Part shown: positions 46,499-55,712 of the stretch, one piece after another | Layout: the number at the start of each line of letters is the position of its first letter | Position numbering within the stretch: the stretch's first letter is position 1 | DNA from: a virus | Taxonomy: Duplodnaviria; Caudoviricetes | IMG/VR virus record: IMGVR_UViG_3300025133_000020 | DNA length: 64,000 nt | Strand: one strand, 5' to 3' | The notes under the pieces: model-generated | Databases searched by the model: none | Told to the model about the DNA's origin: nothing | The model's input: the letters and a program-made list of their open reading frames with translations, nothing else | Translations under genes and position numbers: made by a program

Positions 46499-47395
46499 TT
46501 ACCAAGTAAATTTTTCTGAAAAAAAGTTTCTCACCCCTGAAAATAACCCTTCTTGCTTTATAATTCTAGGTTCAGGTGGTGTAGGTGGAGACCCTTCTGG
46601 AATAACCCTAATTTGAGGTCTAACAGGGGTTTTAACCTCTTTAGGTTTAATATCGGATAGGTCTGGAATCTCTTGCTTAGGGTAGTTATTCAATAACTTA
46701 CCGATAAGTGGGTTTCTTACGATGTCTGAATGTTTGAATTCGTAGAACCCAACTTCATCTAATTTACGGTGTCTGGCGAATAGGTCATATAACCCACTTT
46801 GTCTAACATCATTGTATCTATCTGATTGGTCTAAGTCACCAGAGATAATCATCTTACTGTTATACCCAATCCTACTTAAGATAGTTTTACATTGGCTTGG
46901 TGAAAGGTTTTGAGCCTCTTCGATAATGATAATTGAATTGTCCAAAGTCTTACCCCTGATGAAACCTAACGCTTGTATCCATAGGTAATCATTCTCTTCC
47001 AACTTCTTACGGTTAGCTTTACCCATAATCTTATCCACAATATCCAGAGATGAAGCCAAATATGGTTCCAATTTCTCTCGTATCGTTCCAGGAGTAAACC
47101 CAAGTTTCTCTTCTGCATCCACGGCTGGTTTTGATATGATTATTTTTTTATAGGAGTTACTACTATTCTGTAATAATTCAATAGCTCTGGCGATAGATAC
47201 GTATGACTTTCCAGTTCCAGCAGGTCCTGCCGCTACTATGATTTCCTTATCGGTTATTAATCTTGAGAATTCCTTCTGCGCTAGATTTTTACATTTTAGT
47301 CTGAATCTCGAAGGTAATAGTTTGTTTACTATTGACCCAAATTCGCTTTCCTTATACTCCACATTCCTTGCACTCTTTCCGTTTGTCTTAGCCAT
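46499..47395 (-). CDS. phoH: PhoH-like ATPase
   Basis: GPAGTGKS, LGFTPGTIREKLEPY, FIRGKTL, EEAQN, RIG, GDLDQSD, IVRNPLI. Confidence 0.95.
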   Translation of the reverse strand: MAKTNGKSARNVEYKESEFGSIVNKLLPSRFRLKCKNLAQKEFSRLITDKEIIVAAGPAGTGKSYVSIARAIELLQNSSNSYKKIIISKPAVDAEEKLGFTPGTIREKLEPYLASSLDIVDKIMGKANRKKLEENDYLWIQALGFIRGKTLDNSIIIIEEAQNLSPSQCKTILSRIGYNSKMIISGDLDQSDRYNDVRQSGLYDLFARHRKLDEVGFYEFKHSDIVRNPLIGKLLNNYPKQEIPDLSDIKPKEVKTPVRPQIRVIPEGSPPTPPEPRIIKQEGLFSGVRNFFSEKFTW

Positions 47396-47412
47396 TCATT
47401 ATAACTTTTTTC

Positions 47413-47420
47413 TATAAATA
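47413..47420 (-). promoter_or_regulatory. Late promoter TATTTATA
   Basis: 17 nt upstream of phoH. Confidence 0.6.
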
Positions 47421-47432
47421 TTCGTCAGAACC

Positions 47433-48365
47433 TTAAAGTCTGACGTTAGGGTACTTTTCATTAAACCAGTCAATGGTCTCCTTCAACCCATCATATAATG
47501 GTGTGAATTCGAAGTCAGGTACTAAACTCATTAATTTACTATTATCCGTAGGTTTTCTAAACTGCCCATCAGGATTCTCTTCCAACCATTTAACCTCACC
47601 CTCAAATTCCATTAACTCTACAATCATCATAACCACATCCTTTATCGACACCTCTTCCGATGTTGATAGGATTATTGGTTCCTCACCTTCATAATTATCC
47701 AATATCCACTCCGTTAGTTTAGCCACATCCTTGTTGTATATGAACTCTCTCAATGGTTTACCTGAACCCCACACCTCAAATGGTGTACCATCACGTTTAG
47801 CTAAGTAACATTTATGTATCAAAGCTGGAACCACATGAGAACTCTCTAAGTTGAAGTTATCATTGATTCCGTATACGTTGGTAGGTATAACACATTTATA
47901 GTTCAACCCGTATTGCTCCCTGTACGCACGTACCTGTACCTCTGCCATTCTCTTAGCGTATGCGTATGCATCGTTGGAGTAATGTGGAGGACCTAAATGA
48001 ATCTTATCCTCAGTAAGTGGGTATTCCACGTCATCTGGGAATATACACGTTGATAGGAATACCACCATGTTCTTAATCCCATGTATCCTTGCCGCTTCTA
48101 TGGTGTTGGTGTTAATCATGATATTATCATAGAAGAATTCACCCTTATGGGTCATATTGTAACCCACACCACCAACCTTGGCAGCACAATGTACTATTCT
48201 ATCTATTGGTTCTTCATCCACCATATTTAAAGCGTAGTTATACACTACAACATCAGCGAATTCCCACCTTCTTAAGTCACATTTGGATGTCACCTTTACA
48301 ATATCGTCACCTTTAAATTGTGACCCAATTAGTCCGTTAGAACCTGTTACTAATAATCTACCCAT
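47433..48365 (-). CDS. fcl: GDP-L-fucose synthase
   Basis: TGSNGLIG, HCAAKVGG, LSTCIFP, YAYAK, HVVPALIHK, WGSGKPLREF. Confidence 0.95.
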   Translation of the reverse strand: MGRLLVTGSNGLIGSQFKGDDIVKVTSKCDLRRWEFADVVVYNYALNMVDEEPIDRIVHCAAKVGGVGYNMTHKGEFFYDNIMINTNTIEAARIHGIKNMVVFLSTCIFPDDVEYPLTEDKIHLGPPHYSNDAYAYAKRMAEVQVRAYREQYGLNYKCVIPTNVYGINDNFNLESSHVVPALIHKCYLAKRDGTPFEVWGSGKPLREFIYNKDVAKLTEWILDNYEGEEPIILSTSEEVSIKDVVMMIVELMEFEGEVKWLEENPDGQFRKPTDNSKLMSLVPDFEFTPLYDGLKETIDWFNEKYPNVRL

Positions 48366-49332
48366 AATAGTCTATCCAATAATCAATCATCTCATCCAAC
48401 ATACTTTCAAAGTCGTATTCGTGTATCCAACCCAATTTTTCCTTGGCTTTAATAGAATCACCTTTAAGGTGAGTTAATTCTTCTGGTCGTAAGAATTTGG
48501 GGTCACATTCTAAGTAGTCGTTATAATCTAATCCTAATTTTTCGAATACATATACCACAAGGTCTAATACCGAATGGGATATACCCGTAGCACATACAAA
48601 ATCATCTGGCTCATCCTGTTGTAACATTAACCACATGGCTTTAACATAATCCTTAGCGTGTCCCCAATCTCTGGTAGCTTCTAGATTACCTAATGTTAAT
48701 TTGTCAGTCATACCCAGACTAATCTCAACCGCAATCTTCACAACCTTATTGGTTACGAAGTTTATACCACGCCTTGGTGATTCATGGTTGAATAAGATAC
48801 CGTTTGAAACGAACATTCCGTATGAGTTTCTGTAGTTCCTACAGATGTTATATGCGTACACCTTAGCGCACCCGTAAGGGCTTACTGGGTTAAGTGGTGT
48901 TCTTTCCCTCTGGAACCCATCAGCATCTATATTATTACCGAACATCTCACTTGATGAGGCTTGATACATCTTAGCGTCTGGACAAGCTATCCTGATAGCC
49001 TCTAAGAGGTTCAGAACACCTAATCCTGTGGCTTGTGCTGTATAAACTGGCTGGTCGAAGCTTATCCTAACGTGAGACTGCGCAGCCAAATTATAAATCT
49101 CATCTGGTTTGGCTTTGGCTAACACTTTGATTAATGATGCCATATCAGTCATATCACCATATTCCAAGTGTAGCTTATCCATAATGTGGTCAATCCTACT
49201 GGTTTGATTCTCAGATACAGAGTTTCGTTTAACGACTCCCCATACTTGGTATCCCTTCTCCAATAGTAATTCAGCCAGATAACTTCCGTCCTGACCATTT
49301 ATCCCCGTTATTAGTGCTACTTTTTTACTCAT
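48358..49332 (-). CDS. gmd: GDP-mannose 4,6-dehydratase
   Basis: ITGINGQDGSYLAE, YNLAAQSHV, YQASSSEMFG, SPYGCAK, LFNHESPRRG, RDWGHAKDY. Confidence 0.97.
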   Translation of the reverse strand: MSKKVALITGINGQDGSYLAELLLEKGYQVWGVVKRNSVSENQTSRIDHIMDKLHLEYGDMTDMASLIKVLAKAKPDEIYNLAAQSHVRISFDQPVYTAQATGLGVLNLLEAIRIACPDAKMYQASSSEMFGNNIDADGFQRERTPLNPVSPYGCAKVYAYNICRNYRNSYGMFVSNGILFNHESPRRGINFVTNKVVKIAVEISLGMTDKLTLGNLEATRDWGHAKDYVKAMWLMLQQDEPDDFVCATGISHSVLDLVVYVFEKLGLDYNDYLECDPKFLRPEELTHLKGDSIKAKEKLGWIHEYDFESMLDEMIDYWIDYYG

Positions 49333-49904
49333 TTAATCTTCAAATATGTTAGATAATTTTCCCCACCATTTCTACCCTCTGGGTTAGACCCATCATACGG
49401 TAAAATTTCAAACGATTCTACGTAATCTGGAATTTTACCAGCCTCATCCAACATCGAAATCGTTGGGGTTGCTGGCATACCGAAATGGTGTAGCTTGTCG
49501 GTAGGTACATTATCATCGAACATAACATGTTTAAACCCAACCTTGTATGCCCACTTAAGTCTTTTCTCTTGATTGATGTGGTCATCGAAATAAATTAAAT
49601 CGTTAGCCTTTGGTGAATACTTATCAATATCTCTTTGGATATCATAATTATGGTAACCTATTGACTTATCCCGCCAATTCAAGCCAGCGTAGTTAATTTC
49701 GTATGAATGTAGTTCACTATCAGGGTTCTGTTGTTTAAATAACCATAAACTGTTACCCGTAAAACTTCCAGATTCTATGATTAAACTTGGTTTCAACTTA
49801 TCACAAATCGCATATAGATGTTTTAATTTCCACACACAACTAGCCCCACCATTTACCCTTTTATCTGGTCTACTTTTTATTATTTCCTCTAACGTCTTAC
49901 CCAT
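49329..49904 (-). CDS. Class I SAM-dependent methyltransferase-like protein
   Basis: LIIESGSFTGNS motif I; IYFDDH. Confidence 0.65.
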   Translation of the reverse strand: MGKTLEEIIKSRPDKRVNGGASCVWKLKHLYAICDKLKPSLIIESGSFTGNSLWLFKQQNPDSELHSYEINYAGLNWRDKSIGYHNYDIQRDIDKYSPKANDLIYFDDHINQEKRLKWAYKVGFKHVMFDDNVPTDKLHHFGMPATPTISMLDEAGKIPDYVESFEILPYDGSNPEGRNGGENYLTYLKIK

Positions 49905-49905
49905 T

Positions 49906-50517
49906 TTAATCTAGCTTTATTTTTTCAAACACTTGAACATTTCTTTTATGGTTCACGTTAATTTCATTTGACGCCTTTCGTATCTTTTCCGTCATTTCTG
50001 GGTTAAATTTAAACCCACGTTTTGGGAATTCACTTCTCCAATCTTCTTGGTTCCTACATGCTATATGCCCATGACCGAATTGACCCATTCTAGCCGCAGA
50101 GAATACGATGAACTTATTCGACTTTTCACATAGGAAGTCGAATATATCATCATGATACTTTCTATCAATGTGTTCCATCACTTCCATACTGAATACCAAA
50201 TCGTATTCCCTGTTATTAATCTTCTCTGGGATATCGTCTTTAGTTATATCGAATTCGAATTGTATACAATCACGTTCTTCACTAAACATCCGACTATCCA
50301 TCTTCTCTGGCTCAATGGCATGTACCGTAGCAGCACCCTTTGATGAGAAGTAGTTAGAGTAGAACCCAAGACCACAACCAAACTCAAGTACGCTGGTAGG
50401 TTTTAGGTTATTCATTATCCACCCACAAATACCATTATTAAATGTATGTGCCCCGTTCATTCTTAAATGTGCATCTTTTGACCAATGCCCACCATCACTT
50501 CCTTTATTCGAATCCAT
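49906..50517 (-). CDS. SAM-dependent methyltransferase
   Basis: VLEFGCGLG, YDLVFSMEVMEHI, FSAA..GQFGHGHI. Confidence 0.85.
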   Translation of the reverse strand: MDSNKGSDGGHWSKDAHLRMNGAHTFNNGICGWIMNNLKPTSVLEFGCGLGFYSNYFSSKGAATVHAIEPEKMDSRMFSEERDCIQFEFDITKDDIPEKINNREYDLVFSMEVMEHIDRKYHDDIFDFLCEKSNKFIVFSAARMGQFGHGHIACRNQEDWRSEFPKRGFKFNPEMTEKIRKASNEINVNHKRNVQVFEKIKLD

Positions 50518-50522
50518 TTTGT

Positions 50523-51206
50523 TTATATTTTAAAAAACCCTTCATTATTTGCTTTATTGGTTGGTATGTTATTATGTGAGTGCCATATGGTTATAGGACC
50601 ATGACCCTCAGTATGTAGACCACCCCTAAAATTCCAAGATTTGGTTAAGACATACGGATTAATACCTAAACCTTCAACAGCATTGGAAAACCCACATTGG
50701 TCTTGCATCGTGACACATTTATCATTATATTTAGACCACTCTTTAAACAGTTCCCCAGTTAACTCACCTTTTTTGTAGAAGAACATCCCACAATTATAAA
50801 CAGGTTGTTTATCATTGATTGGGGTTATACTATCGTGTGATGTGGTTTTAAAAAATTGTTTTGAGTAATAAGCGGGGGCGTGACATATAGCCAAACCGAA
50901 CTTATCAGCCTTTTCGAAGCCGTAAGTTAAATCCCCATTAACCACGGTATCACTATCTAAATGGAGTGTGATATCGAATGGTGATAATACTAATGATTCC
51001 GTTCTTCTGTGCCACCCGAATCTCTTCTTAGATACGGATTTTATCACTACATCAAATAAAGCTTTCTTTGGGTGGTTGGGTGTTTCTGTTATCCACGCAA
51101 TTTTAATACCCTCATTATGCTTCCTAATAGATGCTACTGACCGTTCCAAATCATTAGGAAACTTGTTACCAAAACTATAATACACTACACCGTAATTATC
51201 TTTCAT
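50523..51206 (-). CDS. GT-A nucleotide-sugar transferase (GT8-like)
   Basis: SPFDITLHLDSDT (DxD), YNCGMFFY, DQCGF. Confidence 0.75.
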   Translation of the reverse strand: MKDNYGVVYYSFGNKFPNDLERSVASIRKHNEGIKIAWITETPNHPKKALFDVVIKSVSKKRFGWHRRTESLVLSPFDITLHLDSDTVVNGDLTYGFEKADKFGLAICHAPAYYSKQFFKTTSHDSITPINDKQPVYNCGMFFYKKGELTGELFKEWSKYNDKCVTMQDQCGFSNAVEGLGINPYVLTKSWNFRGGLHTEGHGPITIWHSHNNIPTNKANNEGFFKI

Positions 51207-51831
51207 ATCGTTTCAAATATTTATCAAAAATAACACCTTTATTAGTTTTCAACCACTCCACATTTTCTAAAATCTCACTATCAGTGAATATTCTAGAATG
51301 CTTAATATTTACATTACCTTTGGTTACGGAGTTACCATATCTGTTTATCGATTTTTGTTTATGCGTAGCCAAATTACTCATGAAGTTAGTTATATCGGAT
51401 TCTGGAACATCTAATTCTAGAAACTCATTACATTTGGTTAATTGACTCTCTAGGTCAGTTAGTAGGTCTTCATAATATATTACCAACTTATCACCCACAA
51501 ACCCTTCACAAAAATCGATAAGTTTAAGATATCCAACCTCAGTATTACTATTGTGGTCATCCTTAATTGTGAATTTACCACCCTTATGCCTAACTAGGAC
51601 ATCATTATAATCTCGTAATAAGAGTATTACCTTATTATTCTTGACGTTCTCGATATCCTTAGTATCGTGACGCTTAATCATGAAGATTTCTTTAGTCCTA
51701 TTTTCTAATAAAATTGATTTGTCGAAATCATTTGAGTTCAGGTATCCGATACTCCTTTTACCAGTTAAAACCTCTAACGCATATCTTAACCAAGTGTTCC
51801 CGCTTCTGGGGTATGATAATAAATAATTCAT
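51196..51831 (-). CDS. PAPS-dependent sulfotransferase
   Basis: 5'-PSB motif SYPRSGNTWLR, 3'-PB motif LLLRDYND, IYYEDL. Confidence 0.85.
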   Translation of the reverse strand: MNYLLSYPRSGNTWLRYALEVLTGKRSIGYLNSNDFDKSILLENRTKEIFMIKRHDTKDIENVKNNKVILLLRDYNDVLVRHKGGKFTIKDDHNSNTEVGYLKLIDFCEGFVGDKLVIYYEDLLTDLESQLTKCNEFLELDVPESDITNFMSNLATHKQKSINRYGNSVTKGNVNIKHSRIFTDSEILENVEWLKTNKGVIFDKYLKRYER

Positions 51832-52646
51832 CCTTTGTGTAAATATTTTTCGTATATCCAGTCTTCAGCTATCAAAAACTCCTTAGCTCTGTTGAAGTTA
51901 TCCTCAATCGCTGGTAACATGGACTTATAACCTTCTAAAGATAGAGATTCTAATTTATTAAGTAAAGTGTTCACATCATCAATTATTATCATCCCATCAG
52001 TATTAAAGAAGTCCCCTATGGATGGACACCCCCAGTATATAGGAACCGTACCAGTTACGAATGAATCCATCAACTTTTCCGTGAAGTAATAATCTGATTT
52101 TGAGTTCTCAATAACTACCGAAAAAGCGTAATCTTTGAGTGTGGTTAATTTATAGTTTACTGGGTTGTATCCTCTACCGTAAACATCTAATGGGATACCA
52201 TTATCCTTGGAGAGTTTAATCGTCTCATGTCTTAACTTATGACCCGTGGTTTGTCTCTTAGCTGATGCCACTATTGAAAGTAGCTTGCTCTTCTGGTAAA
52301 CCTTTTGGTCAGCCTCATTAATCCAACAACCACAATGAGGTGAGAATTTAATGTTATCTGAAATGGATAGTAAATTCTTATCGTAGGTTAAGACCGTATC
52401 GAACCTATGGTGGTTATCCTTCATCCATTCATAATTGCGTGGGAATATGGCTCTTGGTTCCATTAACCAACCTATCTTAACACCCTTAACGTTATCCACA
52501 CCATATAACGAATTATCAGTCATAAATGTAACATCACTTGGTTCATTATTACGATACCAATCGATATATTTTGATTCTTGAAAGTCGGTACTATACTTGG
52601 CGTGAGCGAAATTAGTATCTATGATTTTTAATCTATTCTTAACCAT
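51828..52646 (-). CDS. Alpha-1,3/4-fucosyltransferase (GT10)
   Basis: DYAFSVVIENSKSDYYFTEKLMDSFVTGTVPIYWG; start MVKNRLK at 52646. Confidence 0.85.
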   Translation of the reverse strand: MVKNRLKIIDTNFAHAKYSTDFQESKYIDWYRNNEPSDVTFMTDNSLYGVDNVKGVKIGWLMEPRAIFPRNYEWMKDNHHRFDTVLTYDKNLLSISDNIKFSPHCGCWINEADQKVYQKSKLLSIVASAKRQTTGHKLRHETIKLSKDNGIPLDVYGRGYNPVNYKLTTLKDYAFSVVIENSKSDYYFTEKLMDSFVTGTVPIYWGCPSIGDFFNTDGMIIIDDVNTLLNKLESLSLEGYKSMLPAIEDNFNRAKEFLIAEDWIYEKYLHKG

Positions 52647-53410
52647 TCTTCTGGAATCATATCTTTTGTTATTATACCACTCTTTGCAGGTCCGAACCAT
52701 TTCTTAGGCGCTACAACCTTCTTCTCATCTAGTTTGTTTAACCAAGCACCCCACCAAGAGAAACTTGAGTTACCTATGATGTTGTGATAACAAAGGGACA
52801 TTAGATACATGTCAATGTAATCTGGTTCACCTTCCATAAACACAAACTGGTCACCTATGAAGTTTTCCTTACACCACTCAATATCGTCCGAGAAAATCAA
52901 ATACTTATCAGCTTGCACCTTTTTCATTGCAGCCTCATAATATTGCATATTCAATACTGGGTGATGTTCTTGTAGGTTTAAGTAATCACCTCTTCTTACA
53001 TGAACTGAGCATGATACCACGTTTAGGTTGAATAGGTGCTCGTATTTGACGAATAATGAATGTAGGGTTTCATTTGGTAATGCGAAAAGATTTAATAGTT
53101 CACCCCGATGGTGTTTGAAATACTTCTCCGATTGGAAGTAACCCCATAGTAGGATATTGTCCACTTTTGGTAGGTCAGTATAGGCGAAGTTTGGTTCTGT
53201 GTATGTGGTAGTGGGTCTACCAGTAAGTTCTGTCACATCCTTAACCCCACTAAAGATGTTATTTCGGTAGCTAGTAATGTGTCCGTGACCCTGTGCGGCT
53301 CTATTAAAATCAAACCCAGCATCTACCCCTAAGTCCCAAGCCAAGGCTTGAGCAGCAGCAATTTGGAACATGTAATTACCTAAACCACCCTGTAAATACG
53401 TACTTATCAT
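52628..53410 (-). CDS. Alpha-1,2-fucosyltransferase (GT11)
   Basis: GGLGNYMFQIA, GYFQSEKYF, VHVRRGDY, FSDDIEWC, NSSFSWWGAWL. Confidence 0.93.
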   Translation of the reverse strand: MISTYLQGGLGNYMFQIAAAQALAWDLGVDAGFDFNRAAQGHGHITSYRNNIFSGVKDVTELTGRPTTTYTEPNFAYTDLPKVDNILLWGYFQSEKYFKHHRGELLNLFALPNETLHSLFVKYEHLFNLNVVSCSVHVRRGDYLNLQEHHPVLNMQYYEAAMKKVQADKYLIFSDDIEWCKENFIGDQFVFMEGEPDYIDMYLMSLCYHNIIGNSSFSWWGAWLNKLDEKKVVAPKKWFGPAKSGIITKDMIPEEWLRID

Positions 53411-53411
53411 T

Positions 53412-54014
53412 TCACTTTAATTGCCAGTTCTCCCACACGAATGGGTAATCATACGTTAGTTTATGGGTCTTTTGTAGTACCTCTCTTATCTTATCCCTAC
53501 GCTCAACACAATTAGGTATGAATCTATGGAATTGGACTTGTATGTTACCTAACTTAGTTTGTAACCCTTTGGTGATAATATCATCTAATAAGTCAAACTC
53601 ACCACCCTCAATATTAATCTTTATCAGGTCGATGAAGTCTATGTCGTTTTCATTGATGACATCAGCTAAACCCCTTAGTTGTATGGTAATAGGAACCTCA
53701 CCTACGAACATAGAAGATGCATCCTTATTCAGGAATATAGTGTCTTCAGCGTTCCTATCGGATAAACCAAACATATGTGGGATGATTTTATCGTTTTCAC
53801 TAAACCTATCCTCTATTTTTTTATGAAACGGTCTTACAGGTTCAAATATGTGAACCGTAGACTCATATTTGTTATAGATTTTGGCGGCAAAATCACCATT
53901 GTAACCACCAACATCAAATACTATTGAGTCAGCGTCTAAGTCGTATAACACTCTATGTGTGGTACCACCTTCGTCCTCAAACCATTTATTTAATATCTCT
54001 CTTGGGTTTCCCAT
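53412..54014 (-). CDS. FkbM-family methyltransferase
   Basis: VFDVGGYNG, IFEPV, IDLIKINIEGGEF, IQVQFH. Confidence 0.9.
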   Translation of the reverse strand: MGNPREILNKWFEDEGGTTHRVLYDLDADSIVFDVGGYNGDFAAKIYNKYESTVHIFEPVRPFHKKIEDRFSENDKIIPHMFGLSDRNAEDTIFLNKDASSMFVGEVPITIQLRGLADVINENDIDFIDLIKINIEGGEFDLLDDIITKGLQTKLGNIQVQFHRFIPNCVERRDKIREVLQKTHKLTYDYPFVWENWQLK

Positions 54015-54739
54015 TATCTAACTAACCTATCATACCTTTTCAAGGTTTTAGCGTATTGTGTGTACTTATGAACCTTTGGCATATGTAACTTATGGTCATT
54101 CAATGGGTTACCATCATTATAGACGTAATTTATTTCGGGTGAGTACAGATAATGTTCTTCACCCGCCATTTCCAGCATTGGGAACATGAACGATAGGTCG
54201 CCAGTCGTCTCCCAATAGTTACCGTCTGGGGTTTTTAAATCCTTACGTTTGATAGCTCTCCATAGGAACATCTTCCACGTTCTTAGGTGGCTAGCAACGA
54301 ATGACTTATTCCTAACATCATTGAAGTCTGATATTGCTGCTGAAAAACCAGCTCTACCATCCTTATATCTAAAGGAACCATTAGTAATCCAAATATCACC
54401 ACTGTTATAATTGTCTATCACTCGTTGGAACACATGTCTATCTGGCAACCAATCATCACCATCCACTTCCACTAAGATATCCTCATCATCAATACCTTCC
54501 ATATCTCTACATATCAGGTCATAATTACCACCTTGGTAGAGCTTTTTCTCGTTCCTAATCAGTATGAATCTATCGTCATCTTCGATGAATTCTTCAGCTA
54601 CGTCAGGCGCACCATCAGTAGATAAATCATCCGTTATATAACATACGAAATTTTCATATGATTGGGACATTATTGAACCTAGGGTTCGCTCTATTATATC
54701 ACTAGAATTGTATAACGTAACTGCTACTACTATTTTCAT
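54014..54739 (-). CDS. GT2 glycosyltransferase (start uncertain, 54739 or 54769)
   Basis: YNSSDIIERTLGSI, TDDLSTDG, VEVDGDDWL. Confidence 0.9.
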   Translation of the reverse strand: MKIVVAVTLYNSSDIIERTLGSIMSQSYENFVCYITDDLSTDGAPDVAEEFIEDDDRFILIRNEKKLYQGGNYDLICRDMEGIDDEDILVEVDGDDWLPDRHVFQRVIDNYNSGDIWITNGSFRYKDGRAGFSAAISDFNDVRNKSFVASHLRTWKMFLWRAIKRKDLKTPDGNYWETTGDLSFMFPMLEMAGEEHYLYSPEINYVYNDGNPLNDHKLHMPKVHKYTQYAKTLKRYDRLVR

Positions 54740-55712
54740 CTCTTTGTTCTTTATTTTCATATCGTTCATCTAAATCAGCCATCCTGTATTGTTCCGTAAG
54801 GTCCTCACCATCCGTAACCACAGTAGCCGTCATTTTAATAATGTAATAACCATTGAACTCAACAGTCTTATCATAAGCTAAATTATCGTAAATGTAAAGC
54901 TTATTGTTGTGAACCCCTATGTCGTTATAGGTGGTGAATGATACCTCATCGAAATCGATAACACTGGAAATCCTTGGGTTATCGTCAATCTTCAAAACAT
55001 TCTTAATGAATACATCACTACGCCTATCGTACTCTTTAGGGTATTTACTCACACAGAACTCCAATAACTTAACCTTATGGTCAATACTCCTTACGTTTAG
55101 TTTCTTGGTGTATTCTTCTAACTTGAATTTGGGTGGGTGCGTTCTACCAATCTTGAGCTTGAAGTTTGATTTTATCAAAGAGAAATACTTATCCGATGAT
55201 ATTTCACCCACAACCTTACTATTGGTAACGTCCTTATTGGGGTTACCATCAATACCTTCGTCAAGCTCGTTACCAGACTTATCACTTTCCCCTATTTGAT
55301 TCCCATCAAATGCTTCGTGAGCTTCTTTCGCTCTTGGTCTATTATCTATAACCATTTCCACAGCGAAATCATCGAATGCGTCCAATTGTACCTTTCTAAG
55401 TTCACTGGCTTTATTCACCGATGTGGTCGTATAGGTAATCTTACCATCAGAATCAATCTTATGTACGGTTCTGATATTAGCGCTTGCAGCTAACACTTTA
55501 TACATTCTCCATCGTAAGGTTTGGACTTCTTGCGTTACCCTACCTTGTAGAAGGTCATCCAACATGGTACCTTGATTAATACTTTGGAAATGAGCCATAT
55601 CTTCACCCATATAGCTTCCCTGTTGACCTAAAGATGACTTCTCCGTGTTATATAATGCCAACATCAAGTATGTGGCAATCCGTCTCCCAATATTCTTCAA
55701 CCATGAGAACAT
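54702..55712 (-). CDS. Hypothetical protein within the glycan cluster
   Basis: LLQGRVTQEVQTLRWRMYKV motif. Confidence 0.65.
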   Translation of the reverse strand: MFSWLKNIGRRIATYLMLALYNTEKSSLGQQGSYMGEDMAHFQSINQGTMLDDLLQGRVTQEVQTLRWRMYKVLAASANIRTVHKIDSDGKITYTTTSVNKASELRKVQLDAFDDFAVEMVIDNRPRAKEAHEAFDGNQIGESDKSGNELDEGIDGNPNKDVTNSKVVGEISSDKYFSLIKSNFKLKIGRTHPPKFKLEEYTKKLNVRSIDHKVKLLEFCVSKYPKEYDRRSDVFIKNVLKIDDNPRISSVIDFDEVSFTTYNDIGVHNNKLYIYDNLAYDKTVEFNGYYIIKMTATVVTDGEDLTEQYRMADLDERYENKEQRDENSSSSYVIQF

